Shown: positions 23,401 to 35,755 of the stretch, in pieces | Layout of the letters: each line of letters starts with the position of its first letter | Numbering within the stretch: the stretch's first letter is position 1 | Source of the DNA: Rhodosorus marinus CCMP1338 | Lineage: Eukaryota > Plantae > Rhodophyta | Direction: 5' to 3' | NCBI GenBank assembly: GCA_029953675.1 | Contig: JAMWBK010000002.1 | Coordinates: 930,001 to 994,000, forward strand | Length of the DNA stretch: 64,000 nt | The notes under the pieces: generated by a model | Seen by the model: the letters and a program-made list of their open reading frames with translations, nothing else | The model's database searches: none | Told to the model about the DNA's origin: nothing | Position numbers and translations under genes: made by a program

Positions 23401-25544
23401 AACTTCACACAATCCAGGCTCACCTACATTACGAACCCGCTCACATTCTTCTGAGACTTGATCTGGAAAACGCATTCAATCGCGTCAATCGCCGGCTTGC
23501 AAAACGCATCCTCGAAGCGCGCTTTCCGGAGTTGCTCCCACTATATGTGCTTGGTTATGGTCCTGATTCTGCAAATGGTTCGTACCACTTTGGCTGGTTA
23601 CCCGAAGAAGGCTCCCTCTCCTCCGCGCGAGATCGCTTCTTCCTCCGCTCGCGTACTGGCGTTCAACAAGGCGATCCTCTTGCACCAGTGTTGCACGCCC
23701 TGGCTCTTTCGCCCTATCTTATGGCGATGCGCAGTCTCTTTCCCAACATCACGGTACTCGCGCTCCACGACGACGTCAGCTTGGTTGGCCCCTACTACCA
23801 CATTCAAGAGGCGTTTCACTGGAGTCAAAGAGTTTTGAGCTCGCTCGGCGCTCGATTGCAACCGGATAAGTGCGTTCTCTTCGGCCATAGGATCGATTCG
23901 CCGCGGTTTGTCAACCATGACTTTCCCGCAGTTGAGGTTACGAGGCAAGGCGTGATGCTACACTCTGTCCCAGTGGGCACGCGGGCCTTTGTCATCCGAG
24001 CCTGCCGCCAGCTGCAAAACACACACGCCAAGCTCGTCAAAGGGATTCAGAAACTCCCCGAAGGCGAGTTGCAGACGAAGCTGGCCCTCTTTCGCTACTG
24101 TGCTGGTCCGCGGCTGGACTATCACCTCCGGTGCCTGGCTCTCCCTTTTGGCGCGCTTCTTGCCACTGAGGCGGACACAATCACCATGCACGAGTTGGAT
24201 ACGCTGTGCGGAAGTCTGCTTACACTCCAAGGACTCCCACCGGAGGAGTTGAATACCGTGAAAGCCCAAATCCGCTTACCTGGCAAGTGGGGAGGGCTTG
24301 GTTTGGCTACGCGCGTTCGTATTCACCCGATCGCTTTTTATGCCGCGTGGCTCGGCACGCTTCAGAATAATTTTACTTGCAATGCCTTCCTGCGCCGTCT
24401 GGGTACGGCGTGTCGCGGGGCCGACCCCAGTGCCGAACATATTCTCGAGGATCTTGCCAGCTCAACGGATCAACTGGAACAACAGCTCTCCCTGGCTAGC
24501 CGATGGACAACTTCCCGCCTCAGCTCCCGCACCTCTGCTCGTATTCGAAAAATCGCTCTCTGGTCTACGGCGCTTCCACAGGTGATCCCGCCACTGCTTC
24601 CACCAACCCTCCGCTCGCAGGTCCTCTACAACAAATACTCTCTCAGGAGAGTCACCGTAGAGCGTTTGAGGATATCGTGGATAACTCTGCTCTCGACGAC
24701 CGCACCAGGGCTCGGATCCGATCCGCTTCTGGTGCCGGCGCTGGTGGCTGGCTTTGCAACCTTCCTAGCACAGGGTCTGAGCTCCTTTCCACTGAAGAAA
24801 TTCGCTACAGTCTACGCCTGCTTCTTGGCCTCCCGATACCTGGTCTCCGCACTACACCTGAATGCACTGTTTGTGCAAGGCCCATGCGGCGGATGGGACT
24901 CAGCGTCTCTTTCACTGCCCTACCTCGGCTGGGAATTGGACTCTGCGCCATAATCGCATTCGTGATGAGCTCGCGCGTCACCCTCGCCGGTGGCACATTC
25001 CTGATGTTCAGGTCGAGCCTTATGGGTTTTTTGAGGGTAGTCGTCTCCGCCCCGACATAGTCATTCGTCATCACCGCACAGGTAAGCAGTATGTCATCGA
25101 CGTCAAGGTGGAGTCCCCCTTACGGGCCCATCTCCTCGCCCGAGCCACCTGTCAATCTGGTTATGCGGCCGCCAACGCTGAAGCCGGGAAACGAGCGAAA
25201 TATCGGGATGCCATCGGTGATCATAATGACTTCCAGTTTGTACCCTTTGCCATCGAAGGCTTTGGACGACTTGGCCAAGCGGCCCAAGACTTCATTACCG
25301 AAACTACTGGCCATCTTGAGCAGAAAGCGGACGGGCAAAGGCTCGTATGCGTGGACCTTAATCGAGATCTATGGCGTGGTACGGCTCGCTTAGCGATCCA
25401 TGCCATGCGCAAAGATAATCATGTTCGGACGATGTTCCCTATAGAAAGTAGTCTTCTACCCCACTCTGGGGTCCCCTTAGCGTAGCCTCTCCTGTTCTCC
25501 CCTAGTATCCCTAGCGCTACATTCGGTAGTTGGAATAAATGAAC
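20500..25544 (+). mobile_element. Near full-length CRE-like non-LTR element, family B (ORF1; ORF2 = RT, CCHC and RLE), frameshifted
   Basis: ORF1 20509-22340. ORF2 from 22339 with SPGPSGLR, LRPIGI, LDLENAFN, GVQQGDPLAP, ALHDDV, LPGKWGGLG, CTVC..LFHC, RPDIVI, DVKVESP and FAIEGFG. Confidence 0.93.
21865..22094. repeat. 115-bp tandem duplication that frameshifts family B ORF1
   Basis: CCACGGTCTGTTGGC...GGTCTCGG at 21865-21979 and 21980-22094. Confidence 0.93.
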
Positions 25545-25693
25545 AAGGCAGCTGCCCGATAAAGCTTCCGGTTACACAACGTACACGACGACTTGTGTGT
25601 CTTTTATACCAAGCGAAACCCCACCTTCTTTCCCAAGTTCAACTAACGCAACTCCTACGGCTACCTACAGATATAGAACCAAGCCCTGAATAC

Positions 25694-26137
25694 TTAGCAG
25701 AACATCTCTTCCAGTTTCTTCGAGCACTTTTTATCCAGCGAGTAGGTGCTAGTCCCGCCACTGCCACCTTCGTCCTTGCAAATCTTCTTCTCACAGCCTC
25801 GCACCGAACCAGAGTTGGGGTACTCCTTCCCTTTACATCTTCTATGCCAACTAGGATCCTGAATCCAGGTGCCAGGACTCATGCAGTACCAGTCCTTGGT
25901 ATCAGGGTGCTGAGCTACGCACCAGTGGCCTTGCCCGCCCTTAGAGCAATTGCGCCTCATTCCAGAATTGAGTTTAGACCCGGTCAACTTCACGATTTGG
26001 CTCCTCACATAGTACGAATAGCGGTAGAGGCAGGAGGGTTTGATATCACAGCACTTCAAGGCTGGTTCCTCTGTGGCCCAATAGGCCTGCACAGCTCCAC
26101 AAAGCAAAACCATCGCAAAAACGATTCCAGTCTTCAT
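25694..26137 (-). CDS. Small secreted cysteine-rich protein 1 (147 aa, unknown family)
   Basis: Signal-like MKTGIVFAMVLLCGAVQA. 11 Cys in the mature part, all conserved in the paralog at 29221-29676. Confidence 0.8.
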   Translation of the reverse strand: MKTGIVFAMVLLCGAVQAYWATEEPALKCCDIKPSCLYRYSYYVRSQIVKLTGSKLNSGMRRNCSKGGQGHWCVAQHPDTKDWYCMSPGTWIQDPSWHRRCKGKEYPNSGSVRGCEKKICKDEGGSGGTSTYSLDKKCSKKLEEMFC

Positions 26138-26484
26138 CTTCATGAATATTTTGTGCAAGACAAATCTTGTGCAGACGGGCGTTGACCCTTTTTCAACGGT
26201 TCCTGCTATCAATGTCCACAAACATGCCACAACGTCCCTCTACCATGGACACATATACCTTTTCTCAACCGCACGTCTTCACCCGCAAAGTCCTACACCT
26301 AAGCATTTGCTCTGCATCAGCAGCAACAAATATTGCCTGTTTAGACACGGTCTTAGCTTGTTTTAATGCTACGGCTTACCAACGCCAGTGCGACAGCGTG
26401 CTTCCAGAATATCCCTCTCGCTTGTTTCCTTGTTTCCAAACACATTCCTGCGGCCTGTATTCTCGTTTTTTGGAAAATAATGTC

Positions 26485-26961
26485 AATCCTTGCTTTCCGG
26501 TGGATATTTTGGAAAAACTGATATCGTGCCAGGGTTGGAATTTCGTGGCAATATGCTAAGAAATTCCACCGGAGTAAGCAAGGGTTCTATTCCGCCAACA
26601 GGGAAATTTTTCCCATCAGAGCTCTACCCCTTAACGATGAAGATTCCCACGCCGCGAGAGATGGGTGACGAATGTCACATGCGAATTGTCGTTTGGCCTG
26701 GGAATCTAACTGAATCTGCATCGTTAAGGGGTAGAGCTCTGATGGGAAAAATTTCCATGTTGGCGGAATGGAATCCTTGCTTTCCGGTGGATATTTTGGA
26801 AAAACTGATATCGTGCCAGGGTTGGAATTTCGTGGCAATATGCTAAGAAATTCCACCGGAGTAAGCAAGGGTTCTATTCCGCCAACAGGGAAATTTTTCC
26901 CATCAGAGCTCTACCCCTTAACGATGCAGATTCCCACGCCGCGAGAGGTGGGTGACGAATG
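26485..26961. repeat. Direct duplication (~190 bp, period 287) with an interposed inverted copy
   Basis: 26485-26674 matches 26772-26961. 26712-26769 is the reverse complement of 26876-26932 with one mismatch. Confidence 0.9.
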
Positions 26962-28069
26962 GAAAAGATGTCTGCGTTGTTTTTATTTCCGCAAAACTCG
27001 GCTTTAACGGGCTAAGTGAATGTGTTTCAAAGTATTGCGACGTGAGCTGGATATTTTGGAATCAAGACAAAATCGCACCGAAGTTGGTACTCGTCGTAAG
27101 TCCGCAGCATTAAATAGGGCCTACTCGTTGGCGAAGGCGACTTAAATTTCCAACATGCGAAGATATTTGACGCCCACAAATATAATCGTTATCTTTTCGC
27201 AGACTCCATTGGATCTCGTTGGCTTGGGAGAGATTCCGCGGTTCAGTCAAGAGGCTCAAAGAGAAAAAAACTGAATGGACAATAGCTGAGGTTACACAAG
27301 TGGGTTAGGTGAACTGTAGCGAAGATCTGGCAAGGAGTTATGATAAAAGAACAATTATTTGTGGGTGTCACATGCGAATTGTCGTTTGGCCTGGGAATCT
27401 AACTAACTGTTTATTCGGAGGCTGAGGGAAAAAAAAATGATGATGATACAGTCTCTCCATAGAGATGACCTTTGTAAATCGAAGGGCATGTCTCGCTCTC
27501 CAATAGAAACGGACTTTTTCGGATAAAAAAAGGGGCGTTACGTGGAGTCTGGGCTAATAACCCCAACCTAATACTTAATGATCAGGGCTTGAACGGGCTT
27601 TGCATGAATACGACGGCGAGGACGACTTAATTTTCCAACAAGCGAAGATATTTGACACCCACAAATATAATCGTTTTCTTTTTGCAGACTCCATTGGATC
27701 TCGCTGGCTTGGGGAGAGATTCCGTGCAAATAGATGTCATCTGCACAGGCCAAACACAATCAGCTATCATCATCGTCTTCTTTCCCGCTTCTGTTTGGGT
27801 AGTTAGGCACCCTGAGAATCTGCCTATTCAGCTGTGCTTTTGACCAGCCCGTAGATTTTCTTGTGCTAAAATCATCAGCTTTTCAAGAGATAAAACGTCA
27901 GCCAAATAAGTCGCCTAACAAGCAAAAAGGAGCTTTTCGGTAGTAAAAACGAGGCAGACGAATGAAAAACTCCCTTTCAGGCGCAAGTGGGAAACTGCTC
28001 AGGAGCCTGGAGTTTTCTCGTATTCACTCAATGCCCGTTGAAGCCTTCCTCAGCAAGTGCTAGTCTGGG

Positions 28070-28295
28070 GTTACGGTGGGTTCCCCACTGCAAGGAAAGT
28101 ACTAGAGGCGTAGTCAAGAAGCGAATGGATACGCGGCGGAGATAGTTGAGAACTGGAAGATTGCACATTGCAGGGAAGCGATGGCGGCCGAGCAACCGGA
28201 TGACAGGTTCATCCCGATTGCGATCGAGACGTTCGGGCGGACTGGGAACATGACACAAGAGTTTCTACGGGATAGTTGCAAGCACCTCTTGCATC
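28070..28295 (+). mobile_element. Family C RLE fragment in the spacer of the inverted duplication
   Basis: SPLQGKY..RSQEANGYAA..ENWKIAH..FIPIAIETFGRTG matches the 18737-19807 frame. Confidence 0.85.
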
Positions 28296-29220
28296 CAATG
28301 GAGTCTGCAAAAAGATAACGATTATATTTGTGGGTGTCAAATATCTTCGCATTCTGGAAAATTAAGTCGCCTCCGCGACGAGTAGGCCCGCTTTAATGCT
28401 GCGGCCTTGCGACGACTACCAACTTAGGTGCGATTTAGGCGTGCTTTCAAAATATCCAACTGCCGTCGCAACACTTTGAAATACACTCACCTAGCCAGTT
28501 AAAGCCGAATTTTTCGTACATAAAACAACGCAGATATCTTTTTCCATTCGGCACCCATGTTTCGCGGCGGGAATCTGCATCGTCAAGGGTTGAGCTCTGA
28601 TGAGAAAATTTTTTTTTATTTCCCTGTTGGCGAAAGAGCCCTGCTTACCATCAATAAAGACCTTTATTGACACCCATAGCCTGAGGCACTGGTTTCCTTT
28701 GGCCTCCGAATGAACTATTCGGGTTGGAGGCAAAAAAAAAGAATTTTACCACAAAACGAGATCTCATCAAAATGCCTAGCTGGGGGCAAAAAAAAAGAAT
28801 TTTACTCCAAACGAGATCTGATCAAAATTGCCTCTACAAGTTCACGAATGGGGAAAGTAAGTACTGGCTGGATGAACGTGACGGGTGGGTGAAAAAACTA
28901 TTTTAGACCAACGCACCAAGGGTATGGGATATTCTGGAAGCGCCGCTATCTCACTGGCATTGTTAGCTGTCGCAATGCCACAGCTTTAAAGCTGGCTTTA
29001 TTTAGCATGGCAGAAATAAGCGAAATTTCATGCAGTCGATCCGGAGGGAATATTTGGGGTAACGACTTTGCGGGTAAAGACGAACAGTTGAGAAGGGTAT
29101 ATGTGTCCACGGTAGAGAGAGACGTTGTGAGATGCTAGTGTTCGCTGATAGCAGACACTGCTGAGAAACGGTAAAGGCCCGTGTGCACAAGATTTGTCTT
29201 TGCACAAAATATTCGTGAAG

Positions 29221-29676
29221 ATGAAGACTGGAATTGTTTTTGCGATGGTTTTGCTCGGTGGAACTGTGCAGGCCTATTGGGCCAAAGAGGAACCCGCCAT
29301 GAATTGCTGTGATATCAAGGCGTCCTGCCTCGGTCGGTACGGTAAATTCAATGGAAACGAGTATATTAAAACTGGTGTAGTGAATGGAGCCATAAGGCAA
29401 CAATGCACAAGCGAGGGACGGGGTCATTGGTGTGTGGCTGAAGTGTCTCATGCCAGCTCTCCATCGGGAGGGGGTTGGTACTGCGTGAGTCCTGGTTACT
29501 TCATGCGGTCCAATTTTCCGAGGTCTTGCAAAGAAGGCAAATGGCCCAACTCTGGCTCAAAGCGAGGCTGCGAAAAGAAAACTTGCAAGAGCGAAGGTGG
29601 TAGCAACGACGGAAGCAGCGGTGTACTGGACAGAAAGTGCGCGAAGGAGCTCGAGAGGAGATTCTGCGAGGATTAG
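29221..29676 (+). CDS. Small secreted cysteine-rich protein 2 (151 aa), paralog of 25694-26137
   Basis: MKTGIVFAMVLLGGTVQA signal and the same 11-Cys skeleton (CC-C-C-HWC-WYC-C-PNSGS.RGCEKK.C-C-FC). Confidence 0.8.
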   Translation: MKTGIVFAMVLLGGTVQAYWAKEEPAMNCCDIKASCLGRYGKFNGNEYIKTGVVNGAIRQQCTSEGRGHWCVAEVSHASSPSGGGWYCVSPGYFMRSNFPRSCKEGKWPNSGSKRGCEKKTCKSEGGSNDGSSGVLDRKCAKELERRFCED

Positions 29677-30179
29677 GATAAAAAAAATGTTAGCTTGATC
29701 GCACGCCTTCGACAGGGGGGGGAGGGTTGTAACCTCAGACACAGGGCTCTCTCCCTAGCTCTTAATTTTGGTCTCAGTCTTTGCGTAGCGCTTCAGGCTA
29801 TTTCAGAAAACCCACCATATTGAAGAAAACGTCGAGAAAACTCCGGGGTTTGCAACCCCCAGCTTAGGAACGGCTCGGAGATGGCGGGAGATTTGCGGTA
29901 GTTGACAGTATGACAGGAAGCGGAATTCTACACAAGAAAAAGCTCCCTGACTTGGGGCGGTCGCCGCATACCTGCTTGTCCAGCTTTGATCTCGCTCTGG
30001 CCCTTCTTTTGTCCGGCAGTGGACCATCAGAGTGAATATCCTCCCGTCATTTCGTGTTTAGACAGCAAGCGGATCCTCGTACTGGACAAGGGTTCGCAAA
30101 AAGTACTCTCGAATGCTGAGCAATTTAGGTCGGAAAAACGTTCCTCAGACAGTCCGATATTTGCGTCAGGTAAACACCT

Positions 30180-33100
30180 CGCGAGTGCACCCGAGTTTGA
30201 GGCGGGTAAGCAGCTAACCGCAGCCGAGGGCGTGAGTCAGCAAAGCAAGAAACCCCACGTTGAGGCAGCCGAACAAGAGGACCCTTTTCCTCAAGAATGA
30301 CGGGGTGTCGTCCGAGTTCTAATTCCCGCTCGCGTAAGAGACTCCACCAACCCAAGTTGTTCTTCATGGACGTGGACCGCTGGATTACCCGGCTTGACCT
30401 GTTCCTGCAAAAACACACCGAAAATGGTCCCATTTGGTCGGCTCTGACTCACCCTCCCACGAATACGCGAGAACACGTCCCTTCGGGACAAGTCCCAGCA
30501 TAGAGCGCGCTGTTCAACTATGCCCTGGAACTAGCCCTGGATGACAGCGCCCCGGACCTGCGCCGCCTGCTCGTCCAGGTACTGCCTAGTTTGATGCTAG
30601 GCTACGCTCGCGATCTCAACCCGCCCGCCCAACTTGAGATGCTGCTTGAAGGTGACTTCGAATCCCTGTGGAGTGCCCTTTCTGCTAAGCGGCCGGGCCC
30701 AGATGCCGCTTCTTCTGGATTTCGTACCCCGCGCTCGTCGTTTTCCTGCCGTCGTGTTCTCCATAAGGCGAAATATCGTCGCCTCTCCCAAGCAGCGCAG
30801 CACATCCTTTCGACTCCCCTTGCCACCAGAACTCCGCAAACTTGAAAGGCCCTCGAAGATCTGTTCCCGGACGTTCCCGACACGGTCCTGCACCCCCAAC
30901 TCGAAGAGTGTTTGTCTGCAAGGCTCATTGACCCTGCACCTCTACAGAGCCCCCAGTGGAACGCGCGCACCGCCTCGGATGAATCGCTCCTTGCCCTTCT
31001 CCAACGGCTTCCCGCGGGTATAAGCCCAGGCCCGAGTGGACTTCGTGTGGAACACCTGCAGGCTCTCGAACAACATGTACGCCCAGCTCTGGTCCGGTTT
31101 CTTCGCACGATTAGCACGGAACCTGAGAATTTGCCCGAGATCCTACTTCAAAGTATACGGAGTAGTCGCCTTGTACCTCTGGCTAAGAACCCCAACTCGG
31201 AGTCGGTGCCGTCTTCACCCCGCCTCCGCCCAATCGGTATTCCCGAGGTGCTACGTAACGTTGCTTCGCAGTGGGTCCTACAACACGTCGTACCCCGCGC
31301 TCGCGATTTTCTGCTGCCCACTCAGCTCGGTGTTGGAGTCTCCGGGGGCAGTGAAGCAGTACTTCACACAATCCAGGCTCACCTACATTACGAACCCGCT
31401 CACATTCTTCTGAGACTTGATCTGGAAAACGCATTCAATCGCGTCGATCGCCGGCTTGCAAAACGCATCCTCGAAGCACGCTTTCCGGAGTTGCTCCCAC
31501 TATATGTGCTTGGGTATGGTCCTGATTCTGCAAACGGTTCGTACCACTTTGGCTGGTTGCCCGAAGAAGGCTCCCCTTCCTCCACGCGAGATTGCTTCTT
31601 CCTCCGCTCGCGTACTGGCGTTCAACAAGGCGATCCTCTTGCACCAGTGTTGCACGCCCTGGCTCTTTCGCCCTATCTTATGGCGATGCGCAGTCTCTTT
31701 CCCAACATCACGGTACTCGCGCTCCACGACGACGTCAGCTTGGTTGGCCCCTACTACCACATTCAAGAGGCGTTTCACTGGAGTCAAAGAGTTTTGAGCT
31801 CGCTCGGCGCTCGATTGCAACCGGATAAGTGCGTTCTCTTCGGCCATAGGATCGATTCGCCGCGGTTTGTCAACCATGACTTTCCCGCAGTTGAGGTTAC
31901 GAGGCAAGGCGTGATGCTACACTCTGTCCCAGTGGGCACGCGGGCCTTTGTCATCCGAGCCTGCCGCCAGCTGCAAAACACACACGCCAAGCTCGTCAAA
32001 GGGATTCAGAAACTCCCCGAAGGCGAGTTGCAGACGAAGCTGGCCCTCTTTCGCTACTGTGCTGGTCCGCGGCTGGACTATCACCTCCGGTGCCTGGCTC
32101 TCCCTTTTGGCGCGCTTCTTGCCACTGAGGCGGACACAATCACCATGCACGAGTTGGATACGCTGTGCGGAAGTCTGCTTACACTCCAAGGACTCCCACC
32201 GGAGGAGTTGAATACCGTGAAAGCCCAAATCCGCTTACCTGGCAAGTGGGGAGGGCTTGGTTTGGCTACGCGCGTTCGTATTCACCCGATCGCTTTTTAT
32301 GCCGCGTGGCTCGGCACGCTTCAGAATAATTTTACTTGCAATGCCTTCCTGCGCCGTCTGGGTACGGCGTGTCGCGGGGCCGACCCCAGTGCCGAACATA
32401 TTCTCGAGGATCTTGCCAGCTCAACGGATCAACTGGAACAACAGCTCTCCCTGGCTAGCCGATGGACAACTTCCCGCCTCAGCTCCCGCACCTCTGCTCG
32501 TATTCGAAAAATCGCTCTCTGGTCTACGGCGCTTCCACAGGTGATCCCGCCACTGCTTCCACCAACCCTCCGCTCGCAGGTCCTCTACAACAAATACTCT
32601 CTCAGGAGAGTCACCGTAGAGCGTTTGAGGATATCGTGGATAACTCTGCTCTCGACGACCGCACCAGGGCTCGGATCCGATCCGCTTCTGGTGCCGGCGC
32701 TGGTGGCTGGCTTTGCAACCTTCCTAGCACAGGGTCTGAGCTCCTTTCCACTGAAGAAATTCGCTACAGTCTACGCCTGCTTCTTGGCCTCCCGATACCT
32801 GGTCTCCGCACTACACCTGAATGCACTGTTTGTGCAAGGCCCATGCGGCGGATGGGACTCAGCGTCTCTTTCACTGCCCTACCTCGGCTGGGAATTGGAC
32901 TCTGCGCCATAATCGCATTCGTGATGAGCTCGCGCGTCACCCTCGCCGGTGGCACATTCCTGATGTTCAGGTCGAGCCTTATGGGTTTTTTGAGGGTAGT
33001 CGTCTCCGCCCCGACATAGTCATTCGTCATCACCGCACAGGTAAGCAGTATGTCATCGACGTCAAGGTGGAGTCCCCCTTACGGGCCCATCTCCTCGCCC

Positions 33101-33522
33101 GAGCCACCTGTCAATCTGGTTATGCGGCCGCCAACGCTGAAGCCGGGAAACGAGCGAAATATCGGGATGCCATCGGTGATCATAATGACTTCCAGTTTGT
33201 ACCCTTTGCCATCGACGGCTTTGGACGACTTGGCCAAGCGGTCCAAGACTTCATTACCGAAACTACTGGCCATCTTCAGCGCTACTGACCATCTTGAGCA
33301 CAAAGCGGATGCGCAAACGCTCGTACGCGTCGACCTCAATCGAGAGCTATGGCGTGGTACGGCTCGCTTAGCGATCCATGCCATGCGCAAAGATAGTCAT
33401 GTTCGGACGATGTTCCCTATAGAAAGTAGTCTTCTACCCCACTCTGGGATCTCCTTAGCGTAGCCCCTCCTGTTCTCCCTTAGTATCCCTAGCGCTGCAT
33501 TCGGTAGTTAGAATAAATGAAC
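30180..33522 (+). mobile_element. Second family B copy, 5'-truncated at the end of ORF1
   Basis: Direct repeat of ~22225-25544 at an offset of about 7959 bp. Same 666-codon RT frame. Confidence 0.93.
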
Positions 33523-33794
33523 TAGCTAAAATTTCTACCGTCACGGGAGCCTCAGGGTGGACTTGAGGAGACCACTTTGCAATTCCGATTCCGGGGTGCC
33601 TATGGAGTGGCTGGACCAATAAGAGTCAAGCACCCAATTCCTTGGGGCGGGCGACGAAGGTAGCGACTCCTGAGGGCGATAGATTCCGGAGGGGTGATGA
33701 ATCCCGGAGGGCGATACATTGAACTATCCCAATCAGGTGATGGTTTTAGAACGAAGTAGTCGTCCATACGTTAGGATTAAATAGCTATATACGG

Positions 33795-34490
33795 CTTTAT
33801 TGGTGGTGGTCTTTACTGGGTCTTTACTAGCATAGCCTGGAGCGCTACGCAAGGCGTGAAAAGCAACTAAGAACTAGGTAGGGAAGCTTGCAACCCGAGA
33901 CGCCGGTGGCGCGCCTCGGCAAGCATGTGGCTGGAATATCGCCACAAGGAGACACTCAAACGCCGCAAGAGCGCCAAGTATTCAATAGGATGCTCAGCAA
34001 AACATTTCCGCAACCATTCCAAACCCGACTTGTCCACATGACCAAAAGTTTCCACAATAAACGGCTGGAACCGGTGAGCGCGACCCTCTACACAAGGCAG
34101 ACTGGCCATGCTCTCGGCATACCGTCGTTCTTTCACCAGGCGGACGACTGAAGCAGCTGCACCCCGGCGGCGGGCGGCAGCGGTGAGGTGGGCGCTGGCC
34201 ACAGGGCAAGTAGCATAGCCTGAGGCGCTACCCAAGGCGTGAAAAGCAACTAAGAACTAGGTGGGGAAGCTTGCAACCCGAGACGCCGGTGGCGCGCCTC
34301 GGCAAGCATGTGGCTGGAATATCGCCACAAGGAGACACTCAAACGCCGCAAGAGCATCAAGTATTCAGTAGGATGCTCAGCATAATATTTCCGCAACCAT
34401 TCCAGACCCGACTTGTCCACATGAACAAAGCTTTCCACAATAAACGGCTGGAACCGGTGAGCGCCACCCTCTGCACCAGGCAGACTGGCC
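33795..34490 (-). mobile_element. Two short family A 3' fragments fused head-to-tail
   Basis: Both end in ...RHRRLGLQAS.PSS* plus the 3' hairpin. Junction GGCTATGCTA|CTTGCCCTG at ~34210. Confidence 0.92.
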
Positions 34491-35149
34491 ATTCTTTTAT
34501 TCAGAATAAGTCCACTCTCGCCTATTGAGGCGCACCTCTGCTCGCGACCGTAGCGAGGCCTTGACCCACCCAAAAAAAAAACTGCGGCGTCGGGGGCGCG
34601 CCTCAATTTACGATACGGGGACGCGGTTTTCAGGAGCTGCACAGCTGTCCAGAGCCGCATTTGACTGTGCACCTCGAACGACCAAGAAGCGTCAGCACTT
34701 CATCGGCCGGATGTCTAGCACGTTTAAGGTTGACGATACGATCAACTAAAACGTGACACACTTGAACTATGGAAAACCGCCGGATCCGTCGCGGGAGTAC
34801 AAGCTTCGCGTGTTGCTGGGTTCACTGCGCGACAGTCTGCCAGTGGCACTAATAACAGACGATCCTGAACAATGTGAATTGCTCGTACAAACGCCAAGAC
34901 CAAGGATATTTTCTTCCCAAAGGATTTCAGGCAGGATTCTTGAATGAAAAGAATTTCTTCGTCGAAACTAGGCAGATTCTGCCTGAAGACAACCAACAGA
35001 TCAGATTCCGCGATGCCAACCGGGGTCCAAGTTTCCTCTGACTCTTTCTCGGGCCATCCCCACTTCGCGCAAATGTGGTCGTGGGGTCAATCTCATCGTA
35101 AACGCTTCGCGGGCCCAGGGCAAGACAAGCCCCTTTAAAGCTTTGGGAA

Positions 35150-35755
35150 TACAATAGGAATTCGCAGCACACAAGAACGAACGAATGGTTTAATCGGAGG
35201 CTGAAAAAAAAACCCCGAGGGGAAAAAAAGACTAAGCGCGGCGAAGTACTCGCGCCTCCAACATCAAAGCGGCATTCATGCGCCACAGCAGGAAACTTAA
35301 GCGGGTAAACAACGATTGAAGACGGTCAGGGCGTTCGCGGAACAACTCCCGAAGCCAGCGAGAACCAACAGAGTCCATGAACCCAAAGCACTCAATGATC
35401 AGGGGTACCAAGCGATGTGCTAGTGCCGAAGCACGAACACCAGGGGAAGACAAAGCCCCCGCGTATTTGATCTCTTTGCGGCGTCTCATGCTGGCGGCGG
35501 CAGATCCACGGCGCTCCCCCGCAGCCGGGAGATAACGACTAGCTTGAGGGTTAGGAACAGCAAGATCAACGTATGTGGTACGGCGGCTGTCGTCACAGGT
35601 GATCACCAGGTCGGCTACACGGCGTTCACCATTTTGAAAGTCCGCGACGGGTAAAGGTTTCTCACGTTCGATTTCCAGACCGGCTTGCCGGGCTATAGGC
35701 CGAAGTTCCCGGTATAACAGGTTCAAGATCCGTGTGTGGCGGCGGGTTCGAGCAC
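35150..35755 (-). mobile_element. 5'-truncated RLE element, family D
   Basis: RRHTRI, VADLVI, YVDLAVPNP, RRKEIKY and PLIIECFG. Confidence 0.88.

Noticed and set aside
34560-35140. Short ORFs between the family A and D fragments
   Set aside because: Interrupted frames with no identifiable domain
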